A DNA stretch of 64,000 nucleotides. Origin: Squalus acanthias (Eukaryota). A model generated the notes under the pieces. That model was not told the origin of the DNA. It ran no database searches and saw only the letters and a program-made list of their open reading frames with translations. This document shows positions 26,081 through 38,624 of the stretch, one piece after another (within the stretch, counting starts at the first letter, position 1; each line of letters opens with the position of its first letter). The position numbers were made by a program, and so were the translations under genes. Where the stretch lies: the NCBI GenBank assembly GCA_030390025.1, contig CM059431.1:98830001-98894000 (forward strand), in the 5' to 3' direction.

Positions 26081-26765
26081 AGGAAAGAATGTGCATTTCT
26101 ACAGCGCCTTCCATATCATCCTGATGTCCCAAAGCGCTTTACAGCCAATGGAGTATTTTTCGAAGGTTACTCACTGCTGTAATGTAGGAAACGCGGCACC
26201 AAATGTGCGCACAGCAAGCTCCCACAAACAGCAACGAGAGAAATAGACAGTTAATCTGTTTCTGGTAGCGTTGATTGAGGGATAATTGTTGGCCCAGAAC
26301 ACCAGGAGCGCTCCCTAATCGTCTTTAAATAGTGGCTGTGGGATCTGCTACATCCACCTGAACAGGCAGATGGGGCCTCAGTTTAACATCTCATCTGAAA
26401 GATGGCTCCTCTGACAGTGCAGCGCTCCCTCAGTACTGCCCCTCCGACAGTGCGGCGCTCCCTCAGTACTGCCCCTCCGACAGTGCGGCGCTCCCTCAGT
26501 ACTGCCCCTCCGACGGTGCGGCGCTCCCTCAGTACTGCGCCTCCGACGGTGCGGCGCTCCCTCAGTACTGCCCCTCCGACAATGCAGCACTCCCTCAGTA
26601 CTGCCCCTCCGACAATGCAGCACTCCCTCAGTACTGCCCCTCCCACGGTACAGTGCTCCCTCAGTAATGCCCCTCCGACTGTGCAGCGAATGCTCCCTCA
26701 GTACTGCACTGAAGTGCTCAACTCCTGGAGTAGGGCTTGAACCTCCAACCTGACTCAGAGGAGAG
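26081..26765 (-). mobile_element. Deu-type SINE with internal tandem amplification
   Basis: Family tail, body and head on the minus strand, interrupted by the 33-bp array. Confidence 0.8.
26408..26708. repeat. 33-bp minisatellite, about 9 copies
   Basis: Unit CTCCGACAGTGCGGCGCTCCCTCAGTACTGCCC, head-to-tail, no spacers. Confidence 0.95.
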
Positions 26766-26931
26766 CTGCTGAAGAAGTTGATCCTTTAATGTTTACTCTT
26801 CCTCATAGAGTTGCCTTTACGGTGCTGTAAATCCTTGTAAAATGTTTTCTCGGAACGGCCTACTCCTATATTGTGAGCCTGGGGCTAAATATGAAATATT
26901 GACAGGAGCGTGATTTACCGGGTTGGGCTTT

Positions 26932-27365
26932 TTTATTTATTCATTCATGGGATGTGGGCGTCGCTGGCAAGGCCAGCATTTATTGCCCATCCATAATTGC
27001 CCTTGAGAAGGTGGTGATGATGAACCACCTTATGCAACTGAGTGACTCGCTTGGCCATTTCAGAGGGCAGTTTAGAGCCAACCACATTGCTGTGGATCTA
27101 GAGTCACATATAGGCCAGACCAGGTAAGGGTGGCAGATTTCCTTTCCTAAAGGACATTAGGGAACCAGATGGATTTTTATGACAATCCGGTAGTTTCATG
27201 GTCACCATTACTGATACTAGCTTTTTATTCCAGATTTTTAAAATGTAATTAACTGAATTTAAATTCCCCAGCTGCTGTGATGTGATTAAGAACTCATGTT
27301 CCCCAGATCATTAGTCCAGGCCTCTGGATTACTAGTCCAGTAACATAACCACTATGCTACCGTAC
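26932..27365 (-). mobile_element. tRNA-headed SINE sharing both body and tail with the LINE at 38625-41217
   Basis: Reverse complement starts GTACGGTAGCATAGTGG (A box). Body matches 38630-38832; tail matches 41130-41217. Confidence 0.8.
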
Positions 27366-27895
27366 TCTTTGCTGACTGCTTTTTCTATACATGCCTTGGT
27401 TCTGATTGATCATTGTTAAAGTCCATTGCAGTAAGCCCCTCTGTTCACTTTAGCTCCAGAGTACCGATAAAAATCCTGCTCTTCCCAGCTTAAATCAATG
27501 GATGGAAAATCAGGCACCGTGGGCCCGTTATTTCCCTTCAAGTGCCATTCCTTGCCAGGAGCGCCTGGTCAGCCTATAGTGTATGCCGTTGTTAATAGTT
27601 TTAAGCAATATCTGGAATATTTTATCAAACTGGTTAAAAGAAATTGTAAGAAAAAACTTATTTTTCTTTTCTAACTTGTAATAGCCATTAAATCTTACAA
27701 TATAATTAATCACTAAATTATATTTATAACTTTTGTCTAGATTTTCACTTGGGGAGATGTTGAAAACAAGTATTTTCCAGACCTGCGATAACATTTCTCC
27801 GTGGGCTGTTACAAAATGCAAGTGTCATGAAAATACTGTGACTAATGTTCTCCAGCCCGTGCCTGCATTTCTTCTGGAGTGAAAGCTTTGAGAAC

Positions 27896-27956
27896 ATGAA
27901 ATCCTTTGGTCTTACGGTCTTCATTCAAGCCGTTTTACAGCTTGTATTCATAATTC
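27896..27956 (+). CDS. Leader (signal peptide) exon of IgSF gene: MKSFGLTVFIQAVLQLVFII; exon spans 27856-27956
   Basis: Acceptor ctaatgttctccag at 27855; AACATG start; basic-then-hydrophobic peptide; donor C|GTGAGT in phase 1, matching the phase-1 acceptor at 47111 (gives ...VFII-P-VFIKA-DHV). Confidence 0.7.
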
Positions 27957-29074
27957 GTGAGTAATAACTAAACTTGCTTTCCTATTGAGCCTAAAATCAA
28001 TATTGTTAGTAACAGTTTCTTTTTTTTATTATTCATTATTGGAATGTATGCGTTGCTGCCAAGGCTGCCATTTATTGCCCTTGACAAACTGGTGTTTGTC
28101 TTCACATCGCATGGGCACTCGGCAGTTTAAAAAACCTTGCTTTTGACTGATGTTAATTGATTCAAATAGTGATTATATGATGTTGAACTACTTAAAATTC
28201 CTGGGCAATGGAGCTATTCCTGTCTTCACTTGATAACTTGGATTGGTCTTCAAAATTCACTGGGTAGTTTTTGAATTCTACAGCCTTGCACCCAGGTACA
28301 GATTGATAAAGCAAGATTATTATTTGAATACAACTACATTAGGTACTCTTCATTAGATAAATTTGTCAACTTCTGCACATTTAAAAATTATCCTGCACTA
28401 TGAGGACAATTAAACAGGCACTTTTACACATATAAAGGTCCATTCTGTGATCCATCGCTATCAGCAGTCAGCCACAATCACAGGTAGCATATAGTGCACT
28501 CCCTGTGAGTGCTGCTCCCAATGGAAGTGTCGGATCATGGAATTCACCCCTGGGTTGCATTCACTCCATGCACCCTGCGTCCTTCCTATGACATCTGGAT
28601 GTGAGGTTTTTTTGTGTCTCGACTGGAGCAGATATTTTGAGTTTCACTTTTCTTTCTGTGTCTATTTCCTTCCATCTATTTATTCTGTCAGTTGGTTCCC
28701 CAGTAATTTCTGTTCAGCCATATTCTCTCTCCTGACATATAAAGTTACACTGACAAGATCAGTTATTTGAAGAGGCCCTGTGATCTAGAATTACACACTT
28801 TGTGTCTAATATTAGAATACAGGAATGAGATATCATTTTACTTTCAGTGTAGACTAGATCATGTAAATCATATTGAGCAGAATATAGGCAGTGTACCCAA
28901 TTTCCCAAGAAACTGTCTCAATCTGTATCACCTCCCATCCAAAAGGAAAGAAGGAAAACTCACTGAGAAAAACAAAAAGAAGATTTAGGGAGCGAACCAG
29001 AAGAGAAGAGAAAATGAAAGGGCAACACAGAGATCCACTAGTATTTATATATAATGATGATTTAAACCCAATCT

Positions 29075-30047
29075 ATATCCAAAACTCTGCTGCCCATATC
29101 CTAACTTGCTCCAAGTCCCGCTCACCCATCACCCCTGTGCTCGCTGACCTACATTGGCTCCCGGATCGGCAATGCCTCAAATTTAAAATTCTCATCCTTG
29201 TTTTCAAATCCCTCCAGGGCCTCGCAACTCCCTATCTCTGTAACCTCCTCCAGCCCTACAACCCTCCGAGATCTCTGTAACCTCCTCCAGCCCTACAACC
29301 CTCCGAGATCCCTGTAACCTCCTCCAGCCCTACAACCCTCCGAGATCTCTGTAACCTCCTCCAGCCCTACAACCCTCCGAGATCCCTGTAACCTCCTCCA
29401 GCCCTACAACCCTCCGAGATCTCTGTAACCTCCTCCAGCCCAACAACCCTCCGAGATCCCTGTAACCTCCTCCAGCCCTACAACCCTCTGAGATCCCTGT
29501 AACCTCCTCCAGCCCTACAACCCTCCGAGATCTCTGTAACCTCCTCCAGCCCTACAACCCTCCGAGATCTCTGTAACCTCCTCCAGCCCAACAACCCTCC
29601 GAGATCCCTGTAACCTCCTCCAGCCCAACAACCCTCCGAGATCCCTGTAACCTCCTCCAGCCCTACAACCCTCCGAGATCCCTGTAACCTCCTCCAGCCC
29701 TACAACCCTCCGAGATCTCTGTAACCTCCTCCAGCCCTACAACCCTCCGAGATCTCTGCGCTCCACTAATTCTGGCCTCTTGCGCATCCCCGATTCCCAT
29801 CGCTCCACCGTGCGTTCAGCTGCCTAGGCCCTAAGCTCTGGAATTCCCTCCCTAAACCTCTCTGCCTCTACCTCTGTCTCGTTAGAAACCTACATCTTTG
29901 ACCAAGCTTTTGGTCATCTATCCTAATAGCTCCTTATGTGATTTGTGTCAACTTTTGTTTGATAACGCTCCTGTGAAATGCCTTGGGCCATTTTACTACA
30001 TTAAAAGTGCTATATAAATGCCACCTGTTGTTGTTGTTGTTGTTGTT
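29075..30047 (+). mobile_element. L2-clade LINE 3' end containing a minisatellite
   Basis: IQNSAAHILT..PITPVLADLHWLP..FKIL; GCTATATAAATG followed by a (TGT)n tail. Confidence 0.85.
29236..29758. repeat. 37-bp minisatellite, about 14 copies
   Basis: Unit TGTAACCTCCTCCAGCCCTACAACCCTCCGAGATCYC, near-perfect, no spacers. Confidence 0.96.
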
Positions 30048-30320
30048 TTAATTTCAATGAATACTGGAAAGGTTGTTAAAGCGATTTTGCATAAGCAGAT
30101 CCATTCTTTTGATATCCAAATGAGTAAAAACACAATCTGAAGCAATTCTAGAGTCCAGATATCTAAGTGCAATTATCACCTTGTAGCCCGAGGGCTCAGC
30201 AAACATCCCTTCTTTAAATAGCTTGCAAACCTGTGCCCAGGTCTCAACACAAATTCCGTGTGGCATGTCCAAAATGGACCCATGCTTTTTCTGATAACAC
30301 TATCAGAAACAGTCAATTAA

Positions 30321-30685
30321 ATAAGAACATAAGAAATAGGAGCAGGTGTAGGCCATACGGCTCCTTGAGCCTGCTCCGCCATTCAATAAGATCATGGCTG
30401 ATCTTCTACCTCAACTCCACTTTCCCGCCTGATCCCCATATCCTTTGATTCCCTTAGTGTCCAAATATCTATCGATCTCTGTCTTGAATATACTCAACGA
30501 CTGAGCCTCCACAGCTCTCTGAGGTAGAGAATTCCAAAGATTCACAACCCTCTGAGTGAAGAAATTTCTCCTCATCTCAGTCCTAAATGGCCGACCCCTT
30601 ATCCTGAGACTGTGATCCCTGGTTCTAGACACAGATGAAACTGCCTCTCAGCATCTACCCTGTCAAGCCCTCCAAGAATTTTATA
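30321..30685 (-). mobile_element. CR1 3' end fragment
   Basis: RTEMRRNFFTQRVVNLWNSLP; ATAAGAACATAAGAA tail. Confidence 0.85.
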
Positions 30686-31662
30686 CGTATAACTGCATAG
30701 AACAGTTTTAGGAGGTAAATGTTCAACTTTAGCACTCCTGTTTCACACACTGGGATCACAAATGAGGAATTTAGGGGTGCAATCAATTTATGGCCCCACA
30801 ATTTTCTATCCATTAAAGATGAGAAGCTGAGAACTTTAATCCCGGGAATGTGCATGCATCCTATAAAAGGAAGGATTTCCCAATATTTGAGCGGAAATCC
30901 CGCCCAGCGTTAATTCAGCCTATTCGCATTGGGCATTGAACTTAAGCAGTGTATGGAGCTACGCAGAGACAGTTAGCAATCACCAAAGAGGGGTCCGCCC
31001 CTATAATACAATCCTCACAAAGGAGGAATGGTCCTTCTGTTGAGAAAATGCTCGACGTAGATGGGTTGGAAATCAAGTATTGAAGCTCAGCTCACCCGAT
31101 TGAGAAATGAGCTGTTGCTGCAATACAAATTCTAATTACTCTCAGGCATGGTTGGATTACAGAGATACTTGGTCACACAGTTTGTGGCACTGATACTTTT
31201 CATATTTATGGGTTCATTCACTTTTGATGGGAATATGTACAAAAAAATGGGACTATCTACAAAAAAGAGCTTTGAAATGGTATTTTCTTTCTACTTGTTT
31301 TGTTACTATCAGTCAAAAAGAATCCACCAATATCTTCAGCACACAGTGTGATTGATGTCTATGCCGAGTAAGCTTGACGATGATAGATAGAGAACAGAGC
31401 CCGCACTTTCTGAAATTCCACCATTGAGAACAGCTGCTGAAAACAGATAAATATGCAACAAAGCAGTTTTACATTAAGGAATTAAATACTGGGAGAGATA
31501 AGGGACCATAATTTGTGTACTGCAAACTTTTACATTTGTCAGTTAAAAGTTAGACTGATGTAGACTCTCTTAATGTTATGGGCAAACATCAGGGCCCAGT
31601 TTGTGTGTACGCGCTGTAGGTGGGGAATTTCGCCCACCAGTCGCACATATTGGAAAATTAAT

Positions 31663-34004
31663 GGGCCAGATTTTGCTGAAACTATAATGGCGTCTGAACG
31701 ATGCTCGCTGTTATTAATCTGAAAATCGGTGAGCAACTTGTGGCGAGGAAGCGATACCCCGTGCGTCATGAATCACCACAAGTTGCTGGACAATTTGCGC
31801 CACTCCGCTGTTATACATAGATACATAGATACATAGATACATAGAAGATAGGAGCAGGAGTAGGCCATCCGGCACTTCGAGCCTGCTCCGCCATTTAATG
31901 AGATCATGGCTGATCCTCCAATTCAGTATCCCGTCCCCGCCTTCTCTCCGTAACCCTTAACCCCTTTTGCCTGTAGAAATATATCTAATTCCCTCTTAAA
32001 TATATTTAATGAGCTGGCGTACACTGCCCTCTGTGGCAATGAGTTCCACAGGTTCACCACCCTCTGAGTGAAGAAATTCCCCCTCATTTCTGTCCTAAAT
32101 GGTTTAGCCCTTATCCTTAAATTATGTCCTCTAGTTCTGTTCTCACCCGCCAAGGGAAACATTCCTTCTGCATCTAGTCTGTCTAGACCTGTCAGAATTT
32201 TATACACTTCTATGAGGTCCCCTCTCAATCTTCTAAACTCCAGTGTGTACATCCCTAAACTACATAGTCTCTCCTCATAGGTCAATCCCGCCATTCCTGG
32301 TATCAGCCTGGTGAATCGCCGCTGCACCCCCTCCATGGCAAGAACATCTTTCCTCAGATGAGGCGACCAAAACTGTACACAGTACTCGAGGTGTGGTCTC
32401 ACCAGTGCCCTGTACAGCAGCAGCAAGGTATCCCTGTTCCTGTATTCCAACCCTTTTGCTATGAAGGCCAGCATACCGTTTGCCTTCTTGATCGCCTGTT
32501 GCACCTGCATGCTCGCCTTCAGTGACTGGTGTACAAGAACACCCAGGTCTCTCTGTACTTCCCCCTCTCCCAATTTATTGCCATTTAAATAATAATTTGC
32601 CCTCCCGTTCCTGCACCCAAGGTGGATAACTTCGCACTTGTCCACATTATAGTGCATCTGCCATTTATCCGCCCAATCACCCAGTCTGTCCAAATCGCTC
32701 TGGAGCTTCCTGGTCTCCTCCTCTGAGCCCACCCCCCCCTCCTAGTTTAGTGTCGTCTGCAAATTTGGAAATGCTGCATCCGACTCCCTGATCCAGGTCA
32801 TTAATGTAAATTGTGAACAGCTGGGGACCCAGGACAGATCCCTGTGGTACCCCACTTGTTACTGCCTGCCATTCAGAAAATGAGCCGTTTATTCCAACTC
32901 TCTGTTTTCTATCTGACAGCCAGTTCTCTATCCACGTCAATACTTTCCCCTTTATCCCATGAGCTTCAATTTTCCATGCTAATCTTTTATGTGGGACCTT
33001 GTCGAAGGCCTTTTGGAAGTCCAGGTACACCACATCTACTGGCTCTCCCCCATCTATTTTACCAGTTACTCCCTCAAAAAATTCCAATAGATTAGTCAAG
33101 CACGATTTACCCTTTGTAAATCCATGTTGACTCTGTCCTATCCTGTCCCCATTTGCTAAGTGCTCCGCTATTTCATCCTTAATGATGGACTCCAGCATTT
33201 TGCCCACAACTGATGTAAGGCTTACAGGTCTGTAATTACCTGCTTTTTCCCTACCCCCCTTTTTGAATAGTGGGGTAACGTTAGCTACCCTCCAATCCAT
33301 GGGCACTGTTCCCGAGTCTAATGAATTCTGAAAAATCATACTTAGTGCATCCGCTATCTCTAGGGCCACCTCCTTCAGCACCCTAGGATGCATGTTATAG
33401 CTTAGTGAAAACGGCAGCTCGCCCTCAACTGCCCCATGAGTTTCAAGAAATTGCTGAATTTGCGCATTAATTACCCATTAAACTTGACGCAGAATGTTAA
33501 GTCTAGTAATTAACAACGTAAATAAATACCCATTTAACAACGTGATAATTATTAAAGACTGCCAATCAGTCTCCAGCCCAGAAATTGAACAATTAAAAGT
33601 GTGGCGTCTCATTCCTTCAGGTTGTGAATTGTTGTTGGAGAGTTTTAAAATGTCAAATTTTAAATTTGAATTTTTCTCTTACTTTTCCTTTCTGTCTCTC
33701 TTTCTCTCTATATCTCCAATCTTTTTTTCCTTCTCTTTCTGTACCTGATTTGACTCTAATTTGCCCTCCTTCTGCGTCGTTCCTCTGATTCTTTCTCAAT
33801 CCTTTAATCCCATGGGTTAAGGAGATAGACTGTTGGTCCCGTCGTTCACTTGGGTCCCAGATGCCCCACTGTCCTCACCGCACCGTTATCAGCTCGCACT
33901 TCCAGCAACCTTGTGGGCAAAGATTTTTTGAGCTGAAGGGTGCAGGAACAAATCTAACTAACAGGGCACGCTGCAAGATGCCCCACTCCAGCAAATTCTG
34001 GGCA
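31663..34004. mobile_element. Harbinger-type MITE related to 97-4708, split by a CR1 insertion
   Basis: Termini GGGCCAGATTTTGCTG / CAGCAAATTCTGGGCA, AAT on both flanks; shares internal motifs such as GTCTCATTCCTTCAG. Confidence 0.7.
31816..33392 (-). mobile_element. Young 5'-truncated CR1 with target-site duplication
   Basis: TGTTATA at 31809-31815 and 33393-33399; (CATAGATA)n tail; RT open in two ORFs broken only at a C-run near 32730. Confidence 0.93.
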
Positions 34005-34311
34005 AATATCAATGGATGGAAAACTGCGCGCAACACACCTGCGATTTTTTTTTTTCCCAATATGAGCGGTCGCTGTCAGTAGGTGAGATTGCATGGTTGG
34101 AAAATCAGCCATGCAGTGTTCATAGACTCTCTCCCTTCACCTTGAGCTGGGTCTACCAAGATCCCTTAATGTTGTAACAGTGTCAGGTAAGTGGCAATTT
34201 TGTTAGCCAGTGGCCACTCTGAAAGCATCTGCAAGAATGCTGCTCTACAAACCAAAAATAACTTATCCATCAATCTAGTTGTGGAATGTGCAAATTCTAC
34301 ACGGTGGTACA

Positions 34312-34512
34312 AACCCCGATTTTTATTTTTAGATGAGGATCTGCAGCTAATAGTAAGCAACATAAGGGCACAGAGAAATGCTCAGTATGGAGCAGAGGGT
34401 AAAACAGGTGTGAAGACCATCACCATCACAGTAAATGCATGGTCACGTACTCAAGGAACTTGGAGGGATATCCAGGAAAGGAGTTGGACCTCAAGAAAAG
34501 TGCCAAGGTGAG
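34312..34512 (+). pseudogene. Harbinger ORF2 (Myb/SANT-like) remnant
   Basis: KPRF..DEDLQLIV..RNAQYG..VNAWSRTQGTWRDI, then shifted frame DLKKSAK. Confidence 0.5.
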
Positions 34513-34627
34513 CAGAGTATGGCTGAATAAATATAGGCTGTCATGCATATGGAAGCTACCATGTATAGAGAAAACCCTTTATTTCAATCACTGTAAAGTT
34601 GGAGGTGTTCAACTTACATAGTACAGA

Positions 34628-35508
34628 GGGGGGAAAATTTGGTTGCTTTGCGCCTCCCGTTAACCCCCGAGTAAGAGGACGCTAATAGGGCACAAAGCAA
34701 CTAGCGCCCGGGCGCGGCGATGTTTGCACCGCTCGCGAAATTGACCAGACATTTAGCGGCGGCGCTAAACACTACCGCCACGATCTCCTGCGCCCGCAGA
34801 TCGTGACATCAGTCGAGCGTGCAACGCCCCAGTAGCGCCCCAGACCGGATATTGAGTGGCACCCCCTGCCTTTCCGCCTGCCGCTAGCAATGACCGGTAG
34901 AGGGGAACGTTTTGCAGTCGAGAAGGGACTGGGGGAGCGCTATTTAAAGGTGGCCGCTTCCTGCTTTTTTTTGTCGGCGACATTTTTGCACCACGCATTC
35001 TGAGAGAGAGACTTCTGGAGAGATTCAACGCTGTGTGAAGGAGTTTTGGGTACTGAACAGCACTTTGCAGGTTCATTTTGATTTGACCTTCCTTGCATCG
35101 ATTTAGAAGAGACTTTGGGGCTGCACTCTGAGCTCTTTCCCTGGGCCTCTCCATTGTTCTTTCCAGCAGAATTGATGTACAGGTCTCTCCAGGCCAAGAT
35201 TCAAGGCTGCAATGAACAGGGTTTTGCTGGAGAGCAAGATCGACCCTCCCCTTTAAGAACTGGCTGGCGCCATTGTGTGTGTGTTCCATTGCTGACTGAC
35301 ATCACCTGAGCTTCACCAGCGCTCTGAGTTAGCGCCTTGGCAGTAGCGCCTTAAGAGAGGTGTGTAACGCCTGATTTAGCGCTCCAATCACCTCCAGGGG
35401 TGATGGAAGCCAAGTTTGCAGTCGGAGGTGATAATTAGCGCCAGGCGCTAAACTTTGTGCCCGGCCGATAATTGCGCCCCAAACGGGGCGATACCGAATT
35501 TCTTCCCC
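34628..35508. mobile_element. Non-autonomous Harbinger-type element, related termini to 11916-12669 but different interior, opposite orientation
   Basis: GGGGAAAATTTGGTTGCTTTGCGCCTCCCG is the reverse complement of the right end of the 11.9 and 50.1 kb copies; ends CCGAATTTCTTCCCC. Confidence 0.7.
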
Positions 35509-35514
35509 AAGTAT

Positions 35515-35960
35515 TTAAAGTACAGAAACAGGCCATTCAGCCCAACAAGTCATGCCGGTATTTATGCTCCACACGAGCCTCCTCCCACCCTTCTTCATCT
35601 AAACCCATCAACATATCCTTCTATTCTTTCTCCCTCATGAATTTATCGAGCTTCCCCTTAAATGCATCTATGCTATTCGCCTCAACCACTCCCTGTGGTA
35701 GCGAGTTCCACATTCTCACCACTCTCTGGGTAAAGACATTTCTCCTGATTTCCCTATTGGATTTATTAGTGACTATCTTATATTTATGGCCCCTAGTTTT
35801 GGACTCCCCACATGTGGAAATATCTTCTCTACGTCTACCCTATTGAACCCCATTCATAATTTTAAAGACTTCTATTAGGTCACCCCTCAGCCTTCTCTTT
35901 TCTAGAGAAAAGAGCACCAGCCTGTTCAATCTTTCCTGATAGATATACCCTCTCAGTTCT
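35515..35960 (-). mobile_element. CR1 3' end fragment
   Basis: Similar to 21243-21680. Confidence 0.75.
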
Positions 35961-36350
35961 TGTTTGCTTAAGTTGCTTATATACTTAACCTGAATTGGTA
36001 CAGTAATAAAGTCTGTTGAGGCCCAAAAAAGGATAGCCTGTAAGTGAGAAGGATGGAAAACTAACCACCATTATTCATACATAAAACTGATAGGATTAAT
36101 TATTCAAGCAGAACAGGTTAGTGAACGAGCTAAGGAACGCAGTGCTAAAATAATGCCAGTAGGGTTCTATAGTTCAACAGGAACAGGATTCCTCAGCATT
36201 AAAGTCAACTAAATCCCTCTCCATGTGTTACTGGCATTGATAGAACCACAAATACAAGTGCAGTTCCAAGCTTCCAAACACAGCAGTTACTCACCAGCTT
36301 CTCAGGGTCAGTACTTGTGCATGGCCACATGAAGAGAACAGTCTTCCCCT

Positions 36351-37023
36351 CTCCTCTACATTGGGGAGACCAAACGCAGATTGGGTGATCGCTTTGCGGA
36401 ACACCTCCGTTCAGTCCGTAAGGGGGACCCCGAGCTCCCGGTGGCCTGTCACTTTAATTCACCGCTCCACTCCCACTCTGACCTCACTGTCCTCGGCCTC
36501 TTGCATTGTTCCACGGAAGCTCAGCGTAAGCTCGAGGAACAGCACCTCATCTTTCGATTAGGCACTCTACAGCCCTCTGGACTCAACATAGAGTTCAACA
36601 ATTTCAGATCATAACCCCGGCCCCCATCACATATATATATATTTTTTTATTTTATTTTTTATCCACACTTTTGTTTGGCCTTTTTTTCTTCCCTCCCAGA
36701 AGCTGGCAGCTGTCCTTCATTCTGCCAGCGCAATTCACACTTCATCTAGAGCCATCCTTTGTTCCTCAACCTGTCCCATTTCCACCTCCTCTTGCCTTGA
36801 ATATCTCTTAATGTCTCTTAATCTCTCCTGCCTTCTATCCTATCACTGACCTTCCCTTTGTTCTTTCTTTTCCCAGCCCTAAACTTGCTTTAAAATCTAT
36901 TTCATTTCCTGCTTTTTTTCCAGTTCTGACGAAAGGTCTTCGACCTGAAACGTTAACTCTGTTTCTCTCTCCGCGGATGCTGCCTGGCCTGCTGAGTTTT
37001 TCCAGCGTTTTCTGTTGTTATTT
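36351..37023 (+). mobile_element. Penelope-like element, 5'-truncated (GIY-YIG endonuclease C-terminus plus pLTR)
   Basis: LYIGETKRRLGDRFAEHL..PVACHFN..RKLEEQHLIFRLGTLQPSGLN; 12-bp duplication CAGTCTTCCCCT at 36339-36350 and 37024-37035. Confidence 0.9.
36922..36958 (+). ncRNA. Minimal type I hammerhead ribozyme motif
   Basis: AGTT-CTGACGA-A-AGGTC-TTC-GACCT-GAAA-CGTT-AACT: core boxes, stem II, stem I AGTT/AACT, palindromic ACGT in place of stem III. Confidence 0.75.
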
Positions 37024-38624
37024 CAGTCTTCCCCTGAATCCTGACTCCTTCCTCCCTGCGATTACAGCTCCTGCATGACAACGAATGTGCCTTCATAGAA
37101 TCATAGCATGGTTACAGCACAGAAGGAGGCCATTCGGCCTGTCAAGCCCGTGCCGGCTCTCTGCAAGAGCACTTCAGCTAGTCCCACTCCCCCGCCATTT
37201 CCCCGTAGCCCTGCAAAAATTTTTCCTTCAGGTACTTATTCAATTCCCTCTTGAAAGCCACGATTGAGTCTGCCTCCACCACCCTTTCAGGCAGTACATT
37301 CCAGATCCTAACCACTCGCTGCGTAAAAAAGTTTTTCCTCATGTCGCCTTTTGTTCTTTTGCCAATCATCTTAAATCTGTGTCCTCTGGTTCTCGACCCT
37401 TCCGCCAATGGGAACAGTTTCTCTCTATCTACTGTGTCCAGATCCCTCTTGATTTTGAACACCTCTATCAAATCTCCTCTCAATCTTCTCTGTCTAAGGA
37501 GAACAACCCCAGCTTCTCCAGTCTATCCACTCTAAGGCCTTCATATCCTTCCTAAAGTGTGGTGCCCAGAATTAGACACAATACTCCAGTTGAGGCCGAA
37601 CCAGTGTTTTATAAAGGTTCATCATAACATCTTTGCTTTTATACTCTCTGCCCCTATTTATGAAGCCCAGGATCCCGTAAGCTTTTTTAACTGCTTTCTC
37701 AACCTGCCCTGCCACCTTCAACAATTTGTGCACATATACCCGCAGGTCGCTCTGTTCATGCACCTCCTCTAGGATTATACCCTTTAGTTTATATTGCCGC
37801 TCCTCATTCTTTCTATCAAAATGTATCACTTCGCACTTTTCTGCGTTAAATTTCATCTGCCACGTGTCCCCCCATTCCACCAGCCTGTCTATGTCTTCTT
37901 GAAGTCTATCACTATCCTCCTCACTGTTCACTATAATTCCAAGTTTTGTGTCATCTGCAAATTTTGAAATTGCGCCCTATACTCCCAAGTCCAAGTCATT
38001 AATATATATCAAGAAAAGCAGTGGCCCTAGAACCGACCCCTGAGGAACACCACTGTATACCTTCCTCCAGTCCAAAAAACAACCATTCACCACTACTCTG
38101 TTTTCTGTCACTTAGCCAATTTCGTATCCATGCTGCCACTGTCCCTTTTATTCTACGGGCTTCAACTTTGCTGGCAAGCCTATTATGTGGCACTTTGTCG
38201 AATGCCTCTTGGAAATCCACATCAACTGCATTGCCCTCATCAACTCTCTCTGTTACCTCATCAAAGTTGATTAAACACGCTTTGCCTTTAACAAATCCGT
38301 GCTGGCTTTGCTTAATTAATCCACACTTGTCCAAGTGACTGTTAATTTTGTCCCTGATTATTGTTTCTAAAAGCTTCCCCACTACCGAGGTTAAATTGAC
38401 TGGCCTGTAGTTGCTGGGTTTATCTTTACACACTTTTTTGAACAAGGGTGTAACTTTTGCAATTCTCCAGTCCTCTGGCACTACCCCCGTTTCTAAGGAG
38501 GATTGGAAGATTATGGCCAGTACCTTCGCGATTTCTTCCTTCACTTCCCTCAGCGTCCTAGGATGCATCCGATCTGGTCCTGGTGACTTATCTACTTTAA
38601 GTACAGCCAGCCTTTCGAGTACCT

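Noticed and set aside
26378..29758. CRISPR-like arrays or repeat proteins from the 33-bp and 37-bp repeats
   Set aside because: Head-to-tail units without unique spacers, embedded in SINE/L2 sequence of a vertebrate; the ORFs are by-products of the repeat.
31148..31211. Alternative signal-peptide exon MVGLQRYLVTQFVALILFIFM for the Ig gene
   Set aside because: Hydrophobic and preceded by an acceptor, but the only phase-1 donor is G|GTTCAT, far from consensus. The 27896-27956 exon has C|GTGAGT. Minor use is not excluded.
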